DNA of 64,000 nt, taken from the NCBI GenBank assembly GCA_044224605.1, contig JBGAKC010000026.1:3973-67972 (forward strand), read 5' to 3'. Below, piece by piece: positions 36,264-44,765 of the stretch; positions within the stretch are counted from its first letter, which is position 1; each line of letters begins with the position of its first letter. The translations under genes and the position numbers were made by a program. Origin of the DNA: Hyphomonadaceae bacterium. Lineage in GTDB: Bacteria; Pseudomonadota; Alphaproteobacteria; Caulobacterales; Hyphomonadaceae. Below the pieces are notes generated by a model. That model made no database searches. It worked only from the letters and a program-made list of their open reading frames with translations, and was not told the origin of the DNA.

Positions 36264-37757
36264 ATGATGACGAAACACGAGAACATCCTCTCCACCATCG
36301 GCCAAACACCCATCGTTCGACTTGCCAAGTTCGAGTCACGCAATGTCCGGCTCTACGCCAAGCTGGAATCCTTCAACCCGGGCGGGTCGGTGAAAGACCG
36401 GCTTGCGCTTGGCGTCATCGAGGACGCCGAGCGGCGCGGCGTGCTCAAGCCGGGCATGACGGTGGTCGAAGCGACCAGCGGCAATACCGGCATCGGCCTC
36501 GCGCTGGTTTGCGCTGAGAAGGGCTATCCGCTTGTGATCGTGATGGCCGAGAGTTTTTCGGTCGAGCGGCGCAAGCTGATGCGCTTTCTCGGCGCGCAGG
36601 TGGTGCTGACGCCGGCGTCGCTGAAGGGCACGGGCATGGTGGCCAAGGCGCGTGAGCTGGCGGAGGCGCATGGCTGGTTCTTCGCGCGCCAGTTCGAGAA
36701 CGAGGCCAATGCGGCGATACACGCGGCCACGACGGCGCGGGAGATACTGGGCGCGTTTGAGCGTGAGCGGCTCGACTACTGGGTGACCGGCTACGGTACA
36801 GGCGGCACGCTCAACGGCGTCGGCCGTGTGCTGCGGGCCGAGAGTCCGGATACAAAGATCATCGTCTGCGAACCGGACAATTCGCCCCTGCTGGGCAGTG
36901 GAGCGCCGCAGGCGCGCAATCCGGATGGATCGGCTTCAGAAAGCCACAGCGCCTTCCGTCCGCATGTGATGCAGGGCTGGACGCCGGACTTCATCTCGAA
37001 GCTCACGGGCGATGCGATGAGCCGCGGTCACGTCGACCAGGTGATGGCCATCCATGGCGGCGATGCGATGCGGTGTTCGCGCGATCTGGCGCGCAAGGCC
37101 GGCATTTTCGTCGGCACGACGTCCGGCGCCACGCTGGCCGGCGCGATCAAGCTGATGGAAACGGCGCCGGAGGGCTCGACCATACTCTGCATGCTGGCGG
37201 ATACGGGCGAGCGCTATCTCTCGACGCCACTGTTCGAGGGGATCAGCGAAGGCATGAGCGAGGAGGAGATGGATATCTCGCGCTCGACGCCTTCGGCGCG
37301 GTTCGATGTCTGCGCCGTGCCGGCGCCGGCCGCAGCCGCGCCGGTCGTCGCGGCGGATGCCGATGCTGTCCGTTTTGTTGCCGAGGCCGTCTCCTCGCCG
37401 AAGGAACCGGTCGTGCTGTTCGCACTCGAATGGTGCGAGTTCTGCTGGTCGGTGCGCCGATTCTTCGACAAGGCCGGCATTGCCTATCGCGCGGTTGATC
37501 TCGACTCCGTCGCCTATCAGAAGGACGATCTGGGAGGGCGGATCAGGCGAGCGCTGCGTGAGCGGACGGGAAGCGTCACGATCCCGCAGATCTTCGTCGG
37601 CGGCGAATTTGTCGGCGGATGCACGGACCTGTTCGATGCGTGGAAGGTCGGGCGGTTGCAGCGGCTGCTGCAGTCGGCCGAAGTTGGCTACAGCAATGAC
37701 GCCGTGCCCGACCCTTACGCTATGCTGCCGAAATGGCTGCAGCCGCGCGCTGCTTAA
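36264..37757 (+). CDS. Cysteine synthase (CysK/CysM-type PLP enzyme) fused to a C-terminal glutaredoxin-like domain
   Basis: GGAGG lies 7 nt before the ATG at 36264. CysK core (TIGQTPIVRL, NPGGSVKDR, TSGNTGIGLA, GTGGTL). ~45-aa Ala/Pro linker. Grx fold follows (VVLFALEWCEFCWSVRRFF...TIPQIFVGGEFVGGCTDL). Confidence 0.88.
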   Translation: MMTKHENILSTIGQTPIVRLAKFESRNVRLYAKLESFNPGGSVKDRLALGVIEDAERRGVLKPGMTVVEATSGNTGIGLALVCAEKGYPLVIVMAESFSVERRKLMRFLGAQVVLTPASLKGTGMVAKARELAEAHGWFFARQFENEANAAIHAATTAREILGAFERERLDYWVTGYGTGGTLNGVGRVLRAESPDTKIIVCEPDNSPLLGSGAPQARNPDGSASESHSAFRPHVMQGWTPDFISKLTGDAMSRGHVDQVMAIHGGDAMRCSRDLARKAGIFVGTTSGATLAGAIKLMETAPEGSTILCMLADTGERYLSTPLFEGISEGMSEEEMDISRSTPSARFDVCAVPAPAAAAPVVAADADAVRFVAEAVSSPKEPVVLFALEWCEFCWSVRRFFDKAGIAYRAVDLDSVAYQKDDLGGRIRRALRERTGSVTIPQIFVGGEFVGGCTDLFDAWKVGRLQRLLQSAEVGYSNDAVPDPYAMLPKWLQPRAA

Positions 37758-37776
37758 GGCATCCGGCTGACGTATT

Positions 37777-38334
37777 TCAGTTCGGCGCGGGCGCGGCGAC
37801 TTTCGGCTTCTGCGCCGCGGCGATTGCGCGGTCGAGCATGGCGAGATTCTCGGTGATCGACTTGGCGTCCTTGCAGCCGTTGCATCCGCTGGACAGGGCG
37901 GCGAGATCGGCGCGTTGCTTGGCGGCCGCGTCGGCGTCGTTGAGTCTCAGATAGGCGACGCCGAGCCGCGATTTCGGGTCAGGCCATTTCGGATCCTGCT
38001 TGACCGCAAGCTCGAGGAATTGCCGGGCGTCGGCCCAGTTCTGCAGGCCGAGCTTGGCCAGGCCCATGAGATAGTTGGCGTCGTTGGTGGTGGGGTTCTG
38101 GGCGACCAGCTTTCCGAAGGCTTTTTCGGCGGTCGCGAAGTCCTGCTTCTGCAGCGCTTCGATGCCTTCCTTGCGCATGCCGTCGAGTTTCCGCTTGGCG
38201 TTTTCGGCGATGCGGTTAGCGTTGTCGGCGCCGTCGAGATTGGGCGCGGAGCTGAGGCCGGGCTGGGCGTGCGCAACGCCCGATGCGGCGCCGGCCGCGG
38301 CAAGGATCAGGACTGACAGGACCAGACTACGCAT
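37777..38334 (-). CDS. Secreted TPR-repeat protein
   Basis: Signal MRSLVLSVLILAAAGAASGVAHAQ. TPR units (FATAEKAFGKLVAQNPTTNDANYLMGLAKLGLQNWADARQFLELAVKQDP). Confidence 0.75.
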   Translation of the reverse strand: MRSLVLSVLILAAAGAASGVAHAQPGLSSAPNLDGADNANRIAENAKRKLDGMRKEGIEALQKQDFATAEKAFGKLVAQNPTTNDANYLMGLAKLGLQNWADARQFLELAVKQDPKWPDPKSRLGVAYLRLNDADAAAKQRADLAALSSGCNGCKDAKSITENLAMLDRAIAAAQKPKVAAPAPN

Positions 38335-38436
38335 CGATGCCGCCTCCGGTTGATGTGCGGGTAGTATAAACCGGGCGCTCAAGACTGCGCACCCTGTTTT
38401 TGTAGCTGGTCGCGCCCACGTGATGGGACTTCGGGC

Positions 38437-40437
38437 CTAGCGTGTGACGATCGGGAAGGCAGGGTTGGGCGGGTCCATCCACTGGGCGAGCTTGAGAAGG
38501 GCGGAAGCGTCGCCTTCGACTTTGGCTGCCCCGCTGGCGACTTTGGGTGGGAGGGGCTGGCCGCCGAAGATGGAGGCGAGGAAGTCGGCGCGGGTGACGG
38601 TGAGCGTTGCATCGACAGGGCCCGGGGCGGCGATCTCCTCATGGATGAGGACGCCGTTGGCGATCGCGACATAGCTGCGCTCCTTCGTGTCCGAGAGAAC
38701 GAAGGCAAGCTTGAGTTTCTGGCCTTCGGCCTTCTGGGCGTTGAGGCGGACGGCGAGGAGATCGAACAGCGAGCCCATAGGCAGGTTGGCGAGCGTCGCC
38801 ATCTGCGAGGCGGCGTTGACGGGCGGGGCGCTAACGCCCTTGCGCAGCTCCAGCGCGCCGGTGAGGTAGATGTTGCGCCAGAGCGAATTCTCGCTCTGCC
38901 AGCCGAGCTGGTCATAGGCGCGAGCCAGCATGTCCTTCGCGGCGGCGTCGGCGCTGTCGGACATGACGATGTGGTTGAGGAGTTCGGCGGTCCAGGCGTA
39001 GTCGCCGGCATCGTAGGCGGCCTTGGCCATCTGCTTCACGTGCTCGGCGCCGCCCATGGCTTCGACATAACGCCTGCCGGTTTCGGTCGGCGGCGAGGGG
39101 GCAAGGTTGGACGGGTTGGCGTCGTACCAGCCCATGTAGAACTGATAGACGGCGCGCGAGTTGAAACTCAGTGAGCCGTAATAGGGGCGGTCATACCATT
39201 CCTGGTCGAGCTCGGGCGGGAGCTTCAGCTGGGCTGCGATCTCGTCGCCGTTGAGGCCCTTGTTCATCAGGCGCACGGTCTGGTCGTGCAGGTAAGCGTA
39301 AACGTCGCGATGCTTGGCGAGGTAGTCGCGGATGTTGGCGTTGCCGAAGCGCGGCCAGCCATGGCTGGTGATCAGGATCTCGCTGTCACCGAAGAGGCGG
39401 AGCGCCTGGGTGAGCCCTTCGGCCCATACCTTCGCGTCGCGCACGACGGCGCCGCGCGGGGTGAGGATGTTGTGCTGTGTGGCGTTGGCGTTCTCGGCCA
39501 TGTCGACGATCTTCCAATCGGGAAAGTCGACGTTCATCTCGGCAGGAGCCTCAGTGCCGGGGGTGAACTGGAAGACCATCTTCACGCCGTCGATGGTGAG
39601 CGTTTCGCCGGTGGCGGCGATCTCCTTCGTTGGCGGGATCAGCGAGGTCGTGCCGCGCGAGAGGCCGGGGCCGATGCCGGCGTTGACGAGGCCGCCTACA
39701 TCCTTCGGGAGCGGCACCCCAAACTGGTACATGGCGCGGCGCTGCATGGCGGGACCGGCGATGACGTTCTCGCCCACGGCGGCTTCGAGGAAGCCCTCAG
39801 GCGCGATGACGGGGACCTTGCCGGCCGCGACATCCGCGAGCTGCACGAGTGCGGCTGCGCCAGCGAAGTGGTCGGTGTGGCTGTGGGTATAGATCAGCGC
39901 TGTGACGGGGCGGGGGCCGAGCTGTTCCGTTACGAGGTCGAGCGCGGCTTTCGCGGTCTCGTTCGAGCCCAGCGTATCGATGATGATCCAGCCCTTGTCG
40001 CCCTTCACGAAGGTGATGTTGGCGAGATCGAAGCCGCGCACCTGCCAGATGCGGTCGGAGACCTGGAAGAGTCCGTGCTTCGCCATAAGTTGCGCCTGGC
40101 GCCAGAGGCTGGGGTTCACGGTGGCGCTGTCCGCGGCCTTGAGGAAGTCGAAGGCGGAGAGGCTCCACACCGGCTGGCCGGCGGCGTTGGTAATCAGCGG
40201 GTCTTTCCGCGTAGCGATGAAGCCGCGCTGGGCGAAATCGAAATCGCGCGTGTCTGAGAACGGGCGTTCGGTGCGAACCTTGTCGTGTTCGGCGCGCGTG
40301 AAGGCGGAAGGCGTCTCCGGGCCAGTGATGGCGATGGGTGGCGGCGCGGCGGGTCCGGCAACAGGCGGAGCGGGAGGCGCAGAGGTGGTGCAGGCGACAA
40401 GCAGCGCTGCAGGCAGCAGGACCGAAGCGGATTTCAT
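38437..40437 (-). CDS. Alkyl/aryl-sulfatase (metallo-beta-lactamase fold, SdsA1/YjcS/BDS1 type) with lipoprotein-type signal
   Basis: MBL motif YTHSHTDHFAG, a dimerisation domain and a C-terminal SCP2-like domain (KLAFVLSDT...ADFLASIFGGQ). N-terminus MKSASVLLPAALLVAC. Confidence 0.9.
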   Translation of the reverse strand: MKSASVLLPAALLVACTTSAPPAPPVAGPAAPPPIAITGPETPSAFTRAEHDKVRTERPFSDTRDFDFAQRGFIATRKDPLITNAAGQPVWSLSAFDFLKAADSATVNPSLWRQAQLMAKHGLFQVSDRIWQVRGFDLANITFVKGDKGWIIIDTLGSNETAKAALDLVTEQLGPRPVTALIYTHSHTDHFAGAAALVQLADVAAGKVPVIAPEGFLEAAVGENVIAGPAMQRRAMYQFGVPLPKDVGGLVNAGIGPGLSRGTTSLIPPTKEIAATGETLTIDGVKMVFQFTPGTEAPAEMNVDFPDWKIVDMAENANATQHNILTPRGAVVRDAKVWAEGLTQALRLFGDSEILITSHGWPRFGNANIRDYLAKHRDVYAYLHDQTVRLMNKGLNGDEIAAQLKLPPELDQEWYDRPYYGSLSFNSRAVYQFYMGWYDANPSNLAPSPPTETGRRYVEAMGGAEHVKQMAKAAYDAGDYAWTAELLNHIVMSDSADAAAKDMLARAYDQLGWQSENSLWRNIYLTGALELRKGVSAPPVNAASQMATLANLPMGSLFDLLAVRLNAQKAEGQKLKLAFVLSDTKERSYVAIANGVLIHEEIAAPGPVDATLTVTRADFLASIFGGQPLPPKVASGAAKVEGDASALLKLAQWMDPPNPAFPIVTR

Positions 40438-40521
40438 GACGCCCTCCCGAACGTGTCTTTCTTCCTGATTAGGAGCGAAGACGCGACCGGTCCATGGGGG
40501 ACGGATGATGACGCTACGGCC

Positions 40522-41367
40522 TCAAGCCTTGAGGCGTTCGGCGCGTTGCGGATTGTTGGCGTTGAGCCAGGCGTCGGTCAGCGGCGTCAGCCACTTGCAG
40601 GCGGCGTCGATGAAGACGAGGGCTTTCATCGCGTCTGGAGAGGGGCGTGTGGCCATGGCGTAGGCCTCGGCCATCTCACGCTGACGCGCAGGATAGTTCA
40701 GCACGAACAGGTCCCGGCGGAGGTCGAGGTCTTCCGTGTAGATCTGCTCGCGTTCCATCACGAGGGCGAAGGCGGCGGCAAGTACGGCGTGGCCGGCGTC
40801 CATCGCAGCTGCGCGGACGCGGTCGGGCGAACGGGCAGCGGCGAGACGGCCGGCGGCGTTCAGCATGCGCGAGCGGAAGCCGAGGATGTCGCCGTTCATC
40901 GATGCGGTGTCGATGCGTTGCGGGGCGAGCATGCGCGTCATGTTACGGCCGGCGACGCAGACCGAGTTTACGGCGAGGCGGAAGCGGGCCGGGGAGAAGG
41001 CGCCGTCCGTGGTGAAGACGTCCTTCCAGTTGAACACGGCGACGGCCACGCGGCCGACGCGCGGATGGCGGCGTCGAAGCTGGGCAGCGATGGCGGCTTC
41101 CCAGCTTTCATTGTTCTGCAGGTTCGAGGCGCCGAGGCGTAGCAGGACGAAAAAGGCGGCGCCGCCCGGGCGGCCACGCGCGGCAGGGCCGGAGATATAG
41201 ACAGAGTGGAGGTGGTCGCCGAAGCGTTCCAAAGCGGCGTCGGCGGCTTCTTCGGCGGCTTCGAGGGCAGGCTGCACGATATGCTCGCGCGCGATGGCGG
41301 CGTTGGTGACGCGTCCCCAGTGATCCTGCGGCCAGAACTGGCCGCGCAGCCGGACTGTGTTCGCCAT
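40522..41367 (-). CDS. Hypothetical protein (281 aa); weak nucleotidyltransferase-like N-terminal region
   Basis: Good coding bias. LHSVYISGPAARGR resembles the hG[GS] NTase motif, but I cannot see the downstream DxD acidic pair. The C-terminal part is helical. Confidence 0.5.
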   Translation of the reverse strand: MANTVRLRGQFWPQDHWGRVTNAAIAREHIVQPALEAAEEAADAALERFGDHLHSVYISGPAARGRPGGAAFFVLLRLGASNLQNNESWEAAIAAQLRRRHPRVGRVAVAVFNWKDVFTTDGAFSPARFRLAVNSVCVAGRNMTRMLAPQRIDTASMNGDILGFRSRMLNAAGRLAAARSPDRVRAAAMDAGHAVLAAAFALVMEREQIYTEDLDLRRDLFVLNYPARQREMAEAYAMATRPSPDAMKALVFIDAACKWLTPLTDAWLNANNPQRAERLKA

Positions 41368-41525
41368 ACGCTACTCCCGTCCACGCCCGGTTTCCCATTC
41401 AGGTTCCGGACCAAGCCTCCCGCTACCTCTGCCTGACGCCATTCGTTAACGCGGGCGCGACAGCAGCCGTTGCCGTAAACAAAACGTTAAGTGCGCCGCG
41501 CGCGCTTGCAAGGAGATTCAGCCGT

Positions 41526-42302
41526 TTAGGCGCCAATAAAGCTGTGGTGCGCCGCGCTTTGGCGTTCACAATCGTTAACGGCGCAGGCGCGCCAGAGCGC
41601 TTTTCGCGCCGACGCGCAGATGGTTTCGATGTCCATGCCCGGAGGAACTGCGAGGAAGTTCCAGACCAGCGCAGGCATCAGATCGGCGGCGCTGTCGTGT
41701 GGATGCCAGACGAGGTCGACGATGCGGTAGCTGCGCATGGAACAGACCAACGAGATCTTCTGGCTTGTAACCGAAATAGTTTGGTGAAGAGGCGTCGAGC
41801 TCAAAGGCGATCAGCAGGTGGCTGCGCAGCATTCTGGTTGCTCCGCACGGCGCATCGCATTCGGCGCCCTCGATGTCGATCTTCACGAAGGCCGGACGGC
41901 CTCTTATCAGCTTGTCGAGCGTAGTGACCTGCGCCATCACGGCTTCGACATCATGGCCCTGCGTGAGGTCCCGCTTCGCCAGGCTGGAGAGGCCGGTGAA
42001 GGAGCGGTCGAAATAGAAGGTGGCCGTGCCCGGCCTGCGTGAGACGGCGACGTTATGAAGATCGGTGCGCGCCTTCAGCTCAGGACAGAGGTTGTCGATG
42101 TTGCCGAACAGCGCCTTGCACATGGGTCCGTAGGCTTCGACGCCAATGACCTTTCCGGCAGGACCGACGGCTTGCGCGATCTGGACAAGGTGATGGCCCT
42201 CATTGACCCCTACGTCGACCGCCAGCTCACCACCTTTGCGGAACCCTAAATAGATGCCGTGGATCAGCCCTTCGAAGTCGGGTCATTCGCCCGTCTTCGC
42301 TT
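41526..42302 (-). pseudogene. FkbM-family methyltransferase pseudogene (no start codon, internal frameshift)
   Basis: The in-frame translation reads ELAVDVGVNEGHHLVQIAQAVGPAGKVIGVEAYGPMCKAL...FVKIDIEGAE. It has an upstream in-frame TGA at 42303-42305 and no ATG/GTG before the SAM motif. The conserved C-terminal part (MRSYRIVDLVWHP...) continues in another frame from ~41744. Confidence 0.7.
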
Positions 42303-42371
42303 TCACCGCCGCAAGAAATGTGTCCCGCCCTACGTGTCCGCCTGGAGACTGGCCCAGAGATCTCGCGATGG

Positions 42372-43478
42372 CTACTCGAATATTACGACGGGGGCGGGCT
42401 TGTTTGGTGACGCCGCGAGAGCCTCGCTGACGGCTTCGGCCAGGAGGCGGAAGGCTTCTGCTGCGTTGCTGTCCCCCGTCGCGGCTGGCACGCCGGCGTC
42501 GCCGCCTTCGCGCAGGGCCGGGAGAATGGGCAGGGCGCCGAGGAAGGGGACGCCGAGATCGGCGGCGGTGCGCTCGGCGCCTTGCTTGCCGAAGATGTAG
42601 GCGCGTGAGCCGTCCGGCTGTTCGAACCAGGCCATGTTCTCGATGACGCCGAGCACCGGGACGGCCGTCTTGCGGAACATGCCGACGCCGCGACGCACAT
42701 CGGCCAGCGCGACCTCCTGTGGCGTCGAGACGATGACGGCGCCATCGAGCGGCAGTTTCTGCACCAGCGTGAGCTGCACTTCGCCGGTGCCGGGCGGCGT
42801 GTCGATGAAGAGGAGGTCGAGGTCGCCCCAGTCGGTGTCGTTGATGAGCTGCGAGACGGCGGACATCACCATCGGTCCGCGCCAGACGACGGCCTGATCC
42901 GGATCGACGAGATAGCCGATCGAAGCCGTGGCGAGCCCGTGCGCCATTACCGGCTGCATGCGCTTGCCTTTCACCTCGGGGCGCTTGCCGACCGTGCCGA
43001 GCATGGTGGGGAGCGATGGACCAAAGACGTCGGCATCGAGCAGGCCGACGCGCAGGCCGGATCTGGCGGCAGCGGCGGCGAGGTTCACGGCGACGGTTGA
43101 TTTGCCAACGCCGCCCTTGGCCGAGGCTATTGCGATGATGCCGCGTGCCGGGCGCGTCGCAGCGGCTGCGGGAGGCGGCGGAGACGAGGCAGGCGCGGGC
43201 CGCGGCGGCGTGATGGTGCGCGCGCCGGTGGCGGCTTCGGCCGTGAGGACGGCGGTGACGGCGGTGACGCCCTTCACGCCGGCGACGGCGTCTTCGGCGG
43301 CCTTGCGCAGGGGTTCGTCGGCGGGGCCGACTGAAGTCTCGAGCACGAAGCCCACCTTGCCGTCGGCGCGAGCGACGAGGCCTGTGACGCGGCCGGACGC
43401 GCTGAGGCCCTTGCCCGACACGGGGTCGGTCACGGCATCAAGCGCGGCGCGCACGGCGGTCTCAAGGGCTGAGGGCAT
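42372..43478 (-). CDS. apbC: Mrp/NBP35 (ApbC) iron-sulfur cluster carrier ATPase
   Basis: N-terminal MIP18-like domain, an Ala/Pro linker, P-loop IAIASAKGGVGKSTVAVNLA, and DTPPGTGE. Confidence 0.93.
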   Translation of the reverse strand: MPSALETAVRAALDAVTDPVSGKGLSASGRVTGLVARADGKVGFVLETSVGPADEPLRKAAEDAVAGVKGVTAVTAVLTAEAATGARTITPPRPAPASSPPPPAAAATRPARGIIAIASAKGGVGKSTVAVNLAAAAARSGLRVGLLDADVFGPSLPTMLGTVGKRPEVKGKRMQPVMAHGLATASIGYLVDPDQAVVWRGPMVMSAVSQLINDTDWGDLDLLFIDTPPGTGEVQLTLVQKLPLDGAVIVSTPQEVALADVRRGVGMFRKTAVPVLGVIENMAWFEQPDGSRAYIFGKQGAERTAADLGVPFLGALPILPALREGGDAGVPAATGDSNAAEAFRLLAEAVSEALAASPNKPAPVVIFE

Positions 43479-43503
43479 CGGCTCTCCTTTGACGGAGCGC
43501 CTT

Positions 43504-44484
43504 CTACTGCCGGGTGCGGAACCGCTTGGTAAGCGTGACCCACGTGTTCCGCAGCAGATAGGGCGCCTGCCGGGGGTCCTTTAGCATGACCCACGCTGCG
43601 TGGAAGACAGCGCCTTTCCGCGCATAGGCCATGAAGTCGACCCACATCAGGCGGGCGTTGGAGGTGGCATGGACGCTCCTGAGCAGGCGGGCCTGGGCGG
43701 GCGTCAGCTTGCCGGAGGCCAGCATCCGCTTCTTGCTGGCGAGCAGGGCGACGAGGTCGCCGCGCGAATGGCGCAGCGACAGGGATCCCTTGCGCATCAC
43801 GCTGACATAACCCGCCCATGGCACGAGACGCATCTTCGCGCCGGCGAGCAACGAGCGGGAGTAGAGGTCGAAATCCTCGCCCAGCCGCATCGTTTCGTCG
43901 TAGGCGAGGGCGTGCTGTTCGAGGAAGGCGCGGCGCATCTGCGGCTTGAGAAAGCCGAGCTCACGGCGCTTGCGCTTGGGCGAGGAGATGCAGGAGCGGA
44001 AGAAGACATCCAGCGTGACGTCGACGGGCGTCTGGTCGCCCTCGAACCACATCGGGCGACCTTCGGCGACGGTGTGGCCTTCCGGGGTCTGCAGGAGATC
44101 ATCGGCGATGAAGTCGAGGCCGGCCTCGCGCAGGGCGACCAGTTTGGCGAAGCGGCCGGGTTCCATGAAGTCGTCACTGTCCAGCACGGCGATCCACGGC
44201 GCCTTGCTGGCCTTGATGGCGGCGTTACGGGCGCGGGCGGGGCCGGAATTCTTATCAAGTGCAAAGACAGTGAGGCGGCCGGAGCCATCGTCGGCGGCGT
44301 GCGCGGCGGCGAGGGTTGCGCCGTCATCGCCGGAGGCGTCGTCGACGACGACGACTTCGGCGGTTTCGGGCTGGGCGAGGGCGGAGGCGACGGCCTTGCC
44401 GATCGTTCCGGCGGCGCGCCAGGCGGCGATGATGACCGTGACGTCGCGACGCACTGTTTCGTTAACGCCTGCGGGCGCGAGCAT
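43504..44484 (-). CDS. Family 2 glycosyltransferase
   Basis: VTVIIAAWRAAGTIGKAVASALAQ...EVVVVDDASGDDG, then a LDSDD-type motif (AVLDSDDFMEP). Start set at the Met at 44484 because codons upstream look non-coding. Confidence 0.83.
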   Translation of the reverse strand: MLAPAGVNETVRRDVTVIIAAWRAAGTIGKAVASALAQPETAEVVVVDDASGDDGATLAAAHAADDGSGRLTVFALDKNSGPARARNAAIKASKAPWIAVLDSDDFMEPGRFAKLVALREAGLDFIADDLLQTPEGHTVAEGRPMWFEGDQTPVDVTLDVFFRSCISSPKRKRRELGFLKPQMRRAFLEQHALAYDETMRLGEDFDLYSRSLLAGAKMRLVPWAGYVSVMRKGSLSLRHSRGDLVALLASKKRMLASGKLTPAQARLLRSVHATSNARLMWVDFMAYARKGAVFHAAWVMLKDPRQAPYLLRNTWVTLTKRFRTRQ

Positions 44485-44765
44485 TTCCGGGCTGGTCCTG
44501 GTCGTTGCGAGCCTGATGACCCGCGGGCTGCAAGATCGCCGCCATGGCGGCCGATTCGGCGTCCATTGCGTTTTATTCAAGTAATGACGGTTACCGAAGC
44601 ATCCGGTCCCAAGTCGTGTCGAGGCTGAATCACGCCTTCGTCAGCTGCATGTCCAGTCGCTTCGCAAGGGAAACTGACTTATGCGCCCTCCTTGAAGCGG
44701 CTTTAATGCAGGCTCAACTACTGGAGGACACAAATCTCCAGAATACTGCGCAAGAGGAGGGCCGG

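Noticed and set aside
41476-41490. CtrA-box-like TAAA-N7-TTAA upstream of the orphan gene
   Set aside because: One half-site deviates from TTAA-N7-TTAAC, it is a single occurrence, and its position relative to a promoter is unknown. That is not enough to call.
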